From NCBI GenBank assembly GCA_965649765.1, contig OZ287752.1:10664001-10728000 (forward strand): a stretch of DNA of 64,000 bases, written 5' to 3'. The notes below the pieces were generated by a model, which saw only the letters and a list, made by a program, of their open reading frames with translations, searched no databases and was not told the DNA's origin. The DNA is from Bispira polyomma (Eukaryota). Position 1 is the stretch's first letter, and each line of letters starts with the position of its first letter. A program made the translations under genes and the position numbers. This document shows, piece after piece, positions 1 to 11,471 of the stretch.

Positions 1-434
1 ATACCAGAAAGAGTTAACTTGTTGACTTGGTTTGCAAATGTATATATACAGTGTTAGACAGAAGTGTGATTTTATGGAAAAAAACCTCTTTTATCACATG
101 GCAATAATATTGTGCTATTAGAAAGAAACATTTTATTTAGTCTATACACTCATCACAGGTGCACTTATCATAGGTGTTTTAATAGTTTAGGGGTAACACT
201 GTTGTCTCCCTCGTCCGATGTCTGCAGTTGTGTATTTGAATCCCAGCACCAACATGTGTGTGGGAAAGATAATATTTCACTTACCAGCGGTCGACAGTTT
301 AAAGTACAAAATATTTACAAAGTGAAATGTTCCGGTTTCCTACCCAAGCAAACTAGCTGTCATGCTATGATACAAATCTGTTGAAAGTGTATAATATCTT
401 AAGTATAATAAAATATTTTGGACTTGTTACACAG

Positions 435-594
435 GGTAGTATTTATGAAGAAGTACAATCCTCAAAAACAGGTCCTGTTAGTGGAAAGCTGCAGATGTCT
501 GACATAATACACAAGGGCAGCTATACAAACATTCTGAAGGGCATATTTACATATAGAGATACCCCAATACCTGTTGCTGTAAAATGTAATAAAG
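435..594 (+). CDS. Kinase exon (subdomains I-II): GSIYEEV...[12 protein letters not shown]...PVAVKCNK
   Basis: acag acceptor at 431-434, gtaggg donor at 595; VAVK motif. The acceptor is less certain than the donor. Confidence 0.78.
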
Positions 595-3500
595 GTAGGG
601 GTTTTTTATGTCTGTTTTATGGACCATTAGTAAAACGATTGGTTTTACTTATGCCTAGAGAAAATAGTATAGATATATATGTGAAACAATTTGTCCATTG
701 TGACAAGTTCTAAGTCTCCTAATACATGTATGTGTATTTCCGACGAAAAGAATCTTAAAATTTTGGTCTCTATGGTTTTATTTTGTGTTACTGGCTGTCA
801 TGATTACAACTTCTAATTCTGCCTGTGTATATATTATGGAACTAGCACATATTACTAGTTGAAAGCTTTATGGAACTAGCAACTACAAGATTAGTAGTTA
901 ACTGTCTTATGAGAAAAGTTTCTTTTCTAATCATGTGGCTGTTGTCACTTCCAGTTATTCAGAAATTAAGATGCAGTAATTATTTTGAAAATGTACATTT
1001 TTAACATTATTTTTTGCAGACAATATTCCTGAAAATGAAACTAACTATCTACTCAATACAATATCCTGCTTTCGAAAACTGTCAAGGCATCATCATATTG
1101 TTGAAACATTTACCATAGAAAATGGTAAGTCAATGGTTAAATCTTTTTTGAACATTCTAGGGTTACAGGACTGTTTCTTCATTTTAAAATAAAGCTGTTC
1201 CATAATGGATGTGCCAAAGGCACTTAAATATCTATTAATTATGCATGTTGTATTGATAAAATAAAGTATTGATAATAAAATCAATGTTTTTCATATTTAT
1301 AATATACACGATACCTATCAATATCTTTTTAGTGTCAGCAAAACTGGTAATGAGGTTCTATGAAGCAGGTGATTTAAAACAGTTTCTTACACAGAAGACA
1401 AAAGCTGGTCATACTGTACAAGATGTTGATATCAATCTCTTGCATTTGGCTTTAACTACTGCGAAAGGACTTGCCTTTCTTGACCTAAAAAAGGTATTTG
1501 ATTGATACATTTCCTGAGGTTTCGTTAGGAGGGGATATAAATTTAGATTTTTTTTCTATCCTAGTCCTGCACTCCACAATCTATTCAGAACTTCAAGTAC
1601 TTAATTCATACGCTAACAGATTCTAAGGTCCTACAATCAAAGTATTTAAAAATCATATGTATGACTGTATTGACACAGTGGAATGTTTTCAAGCTGTTGC
1701 AGTTTCTTGTAAATGGCCATGGTCTTGTGTTTAGAGTTTTCCTAGTGATTAAAAGCCTCCTAGTTAGACCACCAATACAGGACTCGGTCTGTTGATGTAA
1801 CATGCCCAGTTTGACTCACAGTAATATGCCATAATTTTTTCTTGGGGATAACATCCTGCCACACCACTGCCTACTGTTGACGACCAATTGGCTATGCCTT
1901 TTGGTCTTGATTTATCAAATCTGATGTTATTCATTAGAAAATACCTAGCATCAGTAAGAAACATAAGAAACAATACAACATTCTTCTTGTGAAACTTTTT
2001 AAGGCTAACACAGTCTTTATGTCATGTTTGCATCTGTTTACATCTGAAACTTGTACGATGTTGTGTTTTTGTGTCTCAAACAGCCTGACATCCTACATTT
2101 CCAACTGTGTGCCGAGCATGTACTTGTTGACCACACACATTCTTGTAGGCTAACTGGGTTTGATTACAAACCACACGTCATACAGAGAGAAATGGAGGAA
2201 GAATATGAAGGGGTCAGTCTAACATTTAGTGTTAACCTGTATTATAAATACATGTTTGTATAATAGAACCTTAATTATCCAAATGTGTTGGGAGAGCAAG
2301 GAGGACAATGAAAGAGTAAGTGTGAGCTTAATAAAATACTAGACCACATTTGGACACAATATTTTTCATTGCATATCCTGTAGAGAAGTAGAAAAATTTA
2401 CTGAAACAAAATTTCATCAATTTACAATTCTGGAGAAGCTTATAACCTTAAGATTTTTGCTATTACCTATTTTCAGTTAAAATATGAGTGCAAGGTAAAT
2501 TGTCACTTAAAATTCATTACTTAAACCAGCCAAAACTAATTCCTAGCAAAACTTTCCACTTACCCAGTAGAATCCTTATCTAAACGTTTTGAAAATGAAT
2601 GAGTTTTGAGTTTGGATCACAGAAAGTTGATCAAATAGAAAGGGGCACTTCTGGTGACTGTCATTATTATGTATAGTATATATAATATAAAATATAGCAG
2701 TAGACTTGCTACATTGTTTGCAGAGCAGTAAATCTTGACCAACTACCCTGCTGTGATTTCCTCCACCTATAAACTGCCTGTTGTGTTATGATGATATAAG
2801 ATGTTTTGAAAGCAAATTTTTACTCCTAAAATAAATAATAAAAGGTTATAGTGTTATCCGATATTTTTTCTTTGTTGTAGTTCTATGGAGCTATAGAATG
2901 GAAGGCCCCAGAGGTGATATCAGACTGCAAAGCTCATTCTAAGTCTTCTGATGTCTGGGCTTTTGGGGTTTTGTTGTATGAGATCTATACAATGGGTAAG
3001 ATGACAATTTGTACAGTACGTATTCAAACAATACATTATAAAAAATCTAGAATTTGTCACCAATAAAACTCTGAGACCTAGTCTACTAGTCTTCTACTTG
3101 ATTTTGTCAAGTTTGTGTAGAAACTCTCTCTGTAATTAGAATTAATTCAAGCCATATTTCTTTATAACTGGAGCCAATTTTCTGGTCCCAACATTTAAAA
3201 GTACAAGTAGTAATACTACTAGTAAATAGTAGGCATAAGTAGAAGTTAGCCAGATGTAGAACCAAATCCTGTGTATATTAGACATTCGACAGTCTAATGT
3301 ATTTCATTCATGGTTTGCTAATTTCATTGTTTAGATTTGATGAAACTTTTCATTACTCTGGATAGGAGGTTTCTTTGATAATGGTGAACTTTGAGGGGAA
3401 GGGGTATCACGTCATAAATACTCAGTTGTTGAGGTGCTGTGATGAAATTACAGCAACCAATAGAAGATCAAACAACCGAGAAAGATCTATCACCAGGAGT

Positions 3501-4488
3501 ACTGCTGTTACTTGTTTGACCTCAGTTTGTAGAATACCTCTATAATGAATCAGTTGACCAGTTGATATCCTGATTGATAGGAGTTAGAACTTTTAGAAGT
3601 AAGAAGGAGTCGTACCATGGATTGCCTTAAAAGTCAAAAGAAGGATGTATATCTAATAAAGCAATACTGAATTTGTTCTATTGTTGCAGGAGGTACACCT
3701 TATGAAGGGATGCCAGAGTGTGATATTGAGACATATGTAAGAAGTGGACAAGTTCTGACCACACCTCCAAACTGTCCCCTGGAAATGTATGCAAACTAAA
3801 ATTGCTCATAAAGTCCATGCCCTTAATTTTTTTTTGAAACCCCAGTGGCAGGGTAAAGAACTTGGCAATGTCAACAAATAGTAATACTCAAGCCTTTCTC
3901 TAAAGTAATAATAGTTACTGGTGCTAGTTGGCTGTACCTGGGCAATCAAGCAAAGGTTAATTAGTTCTTTGAATATGATATAAAGGTAGATACATGTACT
4001 GCATATATATATGTTTAAATACTTATACATTGTAACCTATATTGGGCACATTTAAAGAGATATTACTGGTTTAAATTCAGTGTAAACAAAAGCAGTATTT
4101 GGCTATATGTTGCATCATTGCCTCCACATATATTTTTCCTTTTCTAAGTGCAGCATATAGTCTAGTTGATGTCATTTTGCATATTCCTCATGCTTTACTA
4201 TACCTTTTAATGTATTTTACAAACCACTTTTCTTAAATATTTCGAAAACACCTAACTTAGTGGCAAGTCATTCAACGCATTTATTCTATTTTATTTATCA
4301 TCTAGAATATGTTTTGTTCATATGACTAGTGTTCTTTTTTAGCAACCCTTTTGTCATTGTTCTGTTATTGTTGTATTTTTAAATACTATCACAGCTACAG
4401 CATGATGAAATCCTGCTGGACATATGCAGCTGACCAACGTCCAGGCTTTAGGAAATTGCTTGAACAACTGGAGAGCAGCAGAGTGTAA
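435..4488 (+). CDS. Tyrosine-kinase-family (RTK-like) pseudokinase, 3' part; exons 435-594, 1020-1124, 1333-1493, 2084-2212, 2881-2995, 3690-3786, 4395-4488
   Basis: All introns are GT-AG with compatible phases. The spliced product contains [59 protein letters not shown] and CW...QRP, ending at TAA 4486-4488. Upstream exons were not identified. Confidence 0.9.
1020..1124 (+). CDS. Kinase exon (III-IV): [35 protein letters not shown]
   Basis: tttttgcag acceptor, gtaagt donor, phase 1-1, HxxIV motif. Confidence 0.88.
1333..1493 (+). CDS. Kinase exon (V-VIa): [19 protein letters not shown]...[12 protein letters not shown]
   Basis: tttttag acceptor, gtattt donor; GDLxxFL and AKGLAFL motifs. Confidence 0.88.
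2084..2212 (+). CDS. Kinase exon (VIb-VII, degenerate): [27 protein letters not shown]...
   Basis: aaacag acceptor, gtcagt donor, 129 nt phase 0-0; aligns by eye to the IHRDLAARNVLV...KIxDFG pattern. Confidence 0.85.
2881..2995 (+). CDS. Kinase exon (VIII-IX): [13 protein letters not shown]...[16 protein letters not shown]
   Basis: ttgtag acceptor, gtaaga donor; tyrosine-kinase WxAPE and SDVWxFG motifs. Confidence 0.93.
3690..3786 (+). CDS. Kinase exon (X): [32 protein letters not shown]
   Basis: ttgcag acceptor, gtatgc donor; GxxPY...PxxCP pattern. Confidence 0.92.
4395..4488 (+). CDS. Kinase terminal coding exon (XI): [31 protein letters not shown]
   Basis: acag acceptor, phase 2; CW and RPxF motifs; TAA stop. 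Confidence 0.92.
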
Positions 4489-5369
4489 AAATAGCTATTA
4501 CACTTCTTGTTTATTACCAAACTGTACATGCCCAGATCAAAGGCATGTTAGAATGGTATGATGGTATGGAATGATCTCGTAAACACATAAACTATGACAT
4601 TTGTTCAGTGATGAACAAGTCAATTATGACATTTGCTGTGATGTATCACGGTAGCAAAAATCAAAGACAGCTTAAATATATAAACATGAAGTGGTGAAGT
4701 CCAAACTAACGTAAAACTGTAATCAGGGATAAAGATAGGCTAGAGTGTCGATTAGTTACACATAATTTTTAGCGCAATAGTCTGTAATATTTACAGTGAG
4801 TTCTAGAAATGCGTGATTTCCTGAAAATTTAAAAGGTAAAGATTGAAATTATGCCTACATTATTTTAAGTAAAGCAATTTGACTTGTTCTTGGGGCGATT
4901 TCTAGCTTTCTATCTCCTCCAATTTCTTCGATGTTCCACCATTCTTAAACAAGATGTGTTAATAGACTAAAAGTTAACAGTAAATGTGTACAAGTAGCTC
5001 TAATATTTCATGTGTAAGAATCTTATGATGTAGGTTAATTTTTATTATCTCAGTGATTATTGAAGACTCCTTTTTAAGTATGCTTAAAGGTGTATCTTGT
5101 TTGCATAGACAGTTTCAAATAGATGAGATTTCTTTTTCCCTCTTAGAATTGGTAATATTTTATTTTTTTCTGAAAAAAAAAATATTATTAAAGTCGCTAC
5201 CATCTTAGTAGACTCCTTAAGTGTGCCTTAAACATTTAGCTATTTTGCATCGACAGATTCAAAAGGGTAAGATTTATTTTCCCCAAAGTGAAAGAAGCTT
5301 AGTTATGTTGAGAAAAATATTCAAGAATGTATGGACTATGACTGAATTAAAGTGTCAATTTGATTGTAC

Positions 5370-5375
5370 AATAAA
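5370..5375 (+). terminator. Candidate polyadenylation signal of the kinase gene
   Basis: AATAAA about 880 nt after the stop codon; the AT-rich background makes this weak. Confidence 0.3.
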
Positions 5376-5888
5376 TATTATTTAAATATGTATATTGTTT
5401 AAATATGCAAACCTTTTCCAGATAAAAGATTTGTCGTAGTTGGCAAGAGCTTTAGTTGCAAATGCATCCATGTAAATGCTAGCATAGTCTGGGTTCATGG
5501 CTGTACCAATTATTCAAAAGGTAATGTTTGTTATTGAAATGAAAGCACAGCTTGTGTATCTTTCGTTTAAATAATGCTGTCTGTGTTTGATGAAACACTA
5601 CTACTAATATTATGATTATGAGGACGGTTCTTTCTGGGCTTTTCCATTGATGTGGATATTTTTGGGATGGAAGTGTTAATAAACTGATGGTGAACAGTAG
5701 ATGTGTAAAAAAGAAATTGAATTACTATTTTATGTACAACAATGTTATGTGATGTAGTTTTAAGATTTTTTTTAAAACTCCAAACATGTTTTTGAAAGCT
5801 TTCTTCGTTAGATTTCTGCCTTGCAACTAGTGACATTTTATTATCTCTTTCATTATTGAAGTCTCTACCACCTCCGAAGACTCCGTTT

Positions 5889-8186
5889 CAGGGTTGGCAG
5901 TTTCTTCTAAAGTGGAAGTTTCTGTCTGGAAGAAATAGGTTTCTTCTGGTCCAGAAGAAATACCAATGTTCCATTCTTTCGCCCAAAGTGGAAGAAATAC
6001 CTCAAAAAGAAATTTTTGTAAAAATATGGGTTCTCACTTGGAATTTAACTGGAATGTAATACAGAATTTACTAATGGACTAAAACTAAAATTTAAAAAAC
6101 CCCTAGGTCTTGTGTTTTTTTCCTGTTTATTAAGTTCCAAGCCCATGCTATAAATCGTAAAGCCAAAAAGTATAATATTTGTTACTTTAAGATTAAACCT
6201 AAAGTATATGTATTATGTAGAGCCAAACACAAATTACAACCTATCTTAGCCTATATGAACTAAAAATGTAATGCTCTATTTTAAGGTGAAAAGATTAATA
6301 ATTCCCTCATTATAATTGGCAAGTAGCCATGTTGGCAACATTTATTTGTGGTTTCTATTTTAAATAAAAGTCTATTACTTCAACATTTTGTCAAGTAAGC
6401 CATCTTATCCATTGTAGTTAAATGCTTAAAAGTTAACGGTTATAAATAGCACCCCAGTAATTAGTTCATATTCAAATGAACACTTGTTTAACTGTATATT
6501 TCCCAAAATTAACTGATTTTTTAATGCAAAATTCTTCAGAATTTCCAGTTTCTTATATTTCTTCCAGTTTCTTTCACTTATCACTTATGGTTCCAGTTAT
6601 GGCGGCATCTCATCGAAAATTAAAATTTTTTAACAAATCTAGTTTGTTATACCCACGTTTTGGCTTTTGTGTTACTCAAAATTATCCTCATATGTTAGCA
6701 AACAAAAAGTTTTGATAGTAAATGCTTAATCTTAGTACAATATGTTCTTTTTTATAGTTGGGGTTATACTGAAAACCATTGCCTATTATCGTTCCTTATA
6801 CTATATTGTCTTTCATTTTTTTGTGCTTTGTACACCTTTTTGTACCATAACGCAATATATTTTTTTTACTCTTTGTTGTTCACTTTTTGTGCTTGGTAGG
6901 CCTTTTTGTACCTTCCTGCAATTTTTTACTCCTTGTTTCTTTCCACATCACCTTGTTTACACTTTTACCTTTGTACATTATTGTTTTTCACTTCTCCCCT
7001 TACAATATGTTTGCTATTAGGGCTGCCATCTTGTACCTATCCTTCCTTCTGTTTTGCTACCGCAAAACCTCCAAACTATTTGATACATTGTCAATGCAAT
7101 TACACCTGGAAGACATTAATTTGTCTTGCCATCTGGTTCTATACTTCTCTTCATACTGTTAATTTCGATCTAAATTTTGCCCAGTCAATTACCTACCAAT
7201 GTCAAAAACATTCATACTTATTACGATCTTACTGGCGAGTGATATCGTGAGTAACCCTGGCCCAATTCAGTTCGGATTTTAAAATGCCCGCTCATTGCGG
7301 AATAAAGGTCCTGTCATAGCCAATTTGATTAACTCATCCTCCATAGATATATTTGGCATCACGGAAACACATATCAGGAGTTATGATACTCCATTATTCC
7401 TCTCTGACCTTACTCCAGCTGACTTTCAGCTATTCCATACCCCTCGTGTAGGAAAACAGGGTAGGGTGGGATTCTTTTATTAAGAAGAACTATGAATGTC
7501 AGTTAGTTGCTACACCTAGTTTTACATCTTTAGAACTCATCCTTGTCTCTGTTCACTGGAAAAACCATTGTTTAAATTTTGCAACAGTTTATTGGCTCAC
7601 ATTTCACTAAATTTTTCGAAGAATTCATGTCTTTTGTTGGGTTTACTTCCTTATTACCCTCTCCTACTATATACTGTCATGATTTCAATATCCTCATGGA
7701 CTCCACATCAATTTTCTCACATTAATCCTGCACTTAAGTCACTCCACTGGCTCCCAATAAAATATTGTGTTGCTTTTAAAACTGCAACAATTGTATACAC
7801 ATTTCTAAATTCTAGATTACCCACCTTTTTAGCCCACATCTATCCAAATATACATGCTGAGTCAGGACTAGGTGCAGTAACCCTGACAAATTATGTCTTA
7901 ATATTCCCACTTTCGACCCTTGCATCTACAAATGCAAAGTACATTTCAATCCTTGCCTAGCTCATGATGGCCCCTTCATTTGGAACAGCCTGCTCATGTT
8001 TGCGTGGCTCAAACTTTCTCCTCTTTCAGGAGTAAGCTGAAGGCTTACCTTTTAAAACAGGCTTTCCACCATTTTTGATTTTTTTGATTAATGCTTAGGT
8101 TTGTCGCGCCTTAAGATTAAGCGTTTTAAAAATACGACTAGATTATCTGAAAGAAAAATCTTTCTTCCGGAAGAAATCCAACCCTA
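5889..8186. mobile_element. hAT-like non-autonomous DNA transposon carrying a nested LINE relic
   Basis: Termini cagggttgg..tttcttc / gaagaaatccaacccta; 8-bp flanks ctccgttt (5881-5888) and ctctgttt (8187-8194). Confidence 0.65.
7020..8146 (+). mobile_element. L2/CR1-group LINE relic, internally deleted (APE endonuclease joined to the ORF2 C-terminus)
   Basis: NARSLRNK, GITETH and DFNI endonuclease motifs, then HINPALKSLHWLPI, WNSL, FRSKLKAYL and a 3' tail ending tagatta; stops and frameshifts present; 5' boundary approximate. Confidence 0.88.
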
Positions 8187-10740
8187 CTCTGTTTTAACTG
8201 AATTTTTAAAAGATTTAAATGGATAAGAAGATTGGTTATTTTATTAATAGTATCAAAGAAATCAACAGAGTGTGACTGTATTCAAGTGGGTTCTGGCCGC
8301 TCTGGGTAGGCGAGCTACCGGTGAGCATACACTTACACTGGGCAAGTACTTGTATTGCAATAAAACTTTGGTGCACAGATCAAATACTGGTGGACAAAAT
8401 AACAGTCAAATTTGCAAAGGTGGATACAATGCTGGCCAGCTTTGGGGGTAGGTGGACAAAATGCCAGTATTGTCAAAACTGTTACTGATGTTGCTGCCCT
8501 TGTCATACTTTTACACAAGCATAAACTATGATTTTTTTAATCTTAGTTTTTCATGACTTTGTAATCATGTCCTATTCCATTCAGAAAATTCAAGAAATTT
8601 CAAGGGATATTGCCTCACTGGATCTCTGAACACATAGGTTATGCAGTTTCTTTTGGGGCCTTAGGTGTATCTATGGTGCTTATCAACAGGTTACTTGCAG
8701 TAAAATTGTAGTGACCAGGGCCAAGAAGGTCAAAACCATAAAGCATGCCACAAAAGTGTCTGAAGTCTTAATATTCTTTATACAAATGTTTATAGAGTCC
8801 AAGCGCTTGAACTTTGCGCTGTACTTTGTATTATATGGCAAAAGCATTGTATTATATTGAATTGTTTGGTATTGCATCAAAACGTTGTTTTTGCTAATAT
8901 AATGTCTCTAAAATGTGATGTCATTGTTTATGGTACTGTCGTAGCAAAATATTTTGTTCTCTATTGAAATTAAAGTACATATTGCGTAAGACTAATTTCA
9001 ATAAGTCTCATTTTGTTCATCTGAAAATAATGCTATGTTTGGTGAAATCTTGTCCGAGTTGATCAACTACTACTACCAAATGTTTTGGGGGCATTTTTGA
9101 CGCACACAGAGTCCTTAAAAAAATAGAGTCACACAAAAGCTGCCAATCGTGAAACTTTGTACACAAACATTATTAGTTTCCATAAAGTGTGTATTTAACA
9201 TTATTTTTTATTAAATGGAGCAATGAATGAGGAGCATACATATCAATAAAATAAAGACATGGGGTAGAAATGTTAGTGGATGCATAAAAGAACTTCTAGA
9301 GAAAGAGAAACGGGTGGAGCTTCTGCACAGGCCTTGTAATGGAAACAATCGGGTCAAGCACAAAATGGTGGAGAACACTTGTAACATTATTTCTGTTACT
9401 TGTTATATGAATGGCGTCAAGATTCTGTCATCATCTTGGACACATATAAGTATTGTTGTCAAGGTGACGACAGAAGAATACATAGTTTAAATGTTTCATT
9501 AATTTTTACCATGTAATCTACCAAAAGAATCGATTCTTTACAGAACATTATCCATATATTGTAAGATATGTACATTTTTTAATAAACACAATAAATAAGA
9601 CAAAACAGATGCAAAAGCAAGTTTTATTTCAAAAACCATTTGTACAGTTATTTTTCAACATATATTTCTATTGTTGCTGGCTCAATAACTTCAAGGACTA
9701 TTTATTTGTGTACTTAGCTCATCAAATAACACATATTACATTCACAAATCCACACACTATTCTACTTCTATTTCCAAGTAAACACCTTTTTTTCAATCCA
9801 CTCTGGACACATTTTACAAACCATAACCATACACATTCCAATATCTCTGTAGGCGAGACACAATGCAATCCATGGAAATGGGACACAGTAAGGAACATAC
9901 TAAAACTACCACTCTGGACTATTCAACATAATATAGGGTTTTTCTTTTGTACAACCTTAAATAAAATGTTCTAGTAGAGAAAACTACTCTAAAAGTCAAT
10001 AAACACAAAATGAGAGGTTTTACAAGTAGATCCTCAATAAAAAGAAACAAAATTTGACTGCCTATGTTACCCACATTCTATCTAGAATAGAATGCCAACT
10101 TGAGTTTTTAATTAAGTAAGTTAAAATTAAACTGAAATCTGAATTTAAATTTTAAGTGTTAACTAAATTTTGAGAATACGTGCGCTGATATATTTTCCTG
10201 CTGAAAAGACAGTTCAAAGGTTACTTAAATCTCTCCATTTTGTATCTGATTAATATACAAGTTAGTTAACCCAGTAAAATATCAGTGACTAAATAGGAGC
10301 AGATAGAGGAACACAAAATGAGACATATATGTAAAACATGTAAATATAAACAGGTACATTAAACGTAATATTGAGATTTTCATACAGCAGATCTAGCAAA
10401 GTTTAAGAAAAAGTAAAACTTCAAAAATATATAACTTGGACTAGTAAATTATTAGTAACTCTTCATGTGATCAATTGATAATAGACAAATCAAACTTATT
10501 CCATAAAACTGAACAAAAATCTGCAAAACATGCTTCTTCACAGAATGTGCAAAAACTGCTTTAATTTAAGCGGAGTATATTTAACAAACCTTAGGGTCAT
10601 TAGCAGCACTAAACAGTGCCATTAGACAAACAAAAATTAATACATCAAATATCCATGTTTTCTGCACCACTGTTACATACAAGAAATATGTAATAAATTA
10701 GACGTTTACTTTCTTTTCTGTGTGTACATAATATAAAATA

Positions 10741-10842
10741 CAGTAGAACCTCTATTATCCAGAATTTCTATTATCTGGAGATTTGATTTTATGACCTCAT
10801 TTCCAACTCTCCCTAAGTGCTCAGATAATACAGGTTCTACTG
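10741..10842. mobile_element. Tc1/mariner(pogo)-type MITE, CAGTAGAACCTC family
   Basis: TIRs cagtagaacctctattatc / gataatacaggttctactg, TA on both flanks; many further copies and fragments in the window. Confidence 0.75.
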
Positions 10843-11219
10843 TAAAACTAAATATAGTATACAGCTTGTTTCTACAATAGCTTTCTGCTGTGGATATGCG
10901 TTTACATTAGTGTCTCAATATTAACTCAATATCAAGAGAAACAAGGTTTAGGAGTTAAAAAGAAAACTAATCTACTAGATTTGGTAGATTTGATACAACA
11001 CCGGTTATTGGACATTTTACTGTAGATGGTTACAGCACTTAACAAATAACATCTGTGTCAAGCTACAGATCTTGCTATGTTTACATTAATACAATACCTG
11101 AACAATGGTACATTGGCCAATTTCAATGTTGCATATTTTATTTAGTTATATTTTGGTATAATTTTGCTTCCTACAACCAAGTTTTTATATCAAGCTTTTA
11201 ATTGGTCAAATTTTCATTT

Positions 11220-11471
11220 ATTTGGGTTTTACCATATTGCAATGGCCAGGTTTATAGTGGTGGGGTCACAACAGTCCGGGAAAAGCAGAACAGGGTAGTT
11301 GGTCAAGATGTCTGCACTGCAAGCCACCAACCTTCAGCCAGTCTACTGCAACTATATCATGTGCATACTGTGGCTGAGATTCAAACCCAGTAACTACAGA
11401 GATTGGAGTAACTACAGAGTAACTACAGAGATTGGAGACAAGAGTGTTACCACTACACCCCTGAGACCCCC
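11220..11471 (-). mobile_element. tRNA-derived SINE (old copy, internal duplication of gtaactacagag)
   Basis: Minus strand begins ggggtctcaggggtgtagtggtaac (A-box) and has gggtttgaatctc (B-box); tail boundary approximate. Confidence 0.65.

Noticed and set aside
1-434. Possible additional kinase-gene exon and ORF 112-384
   Set aside because: No recognisable motif or unambiguous splice pair.
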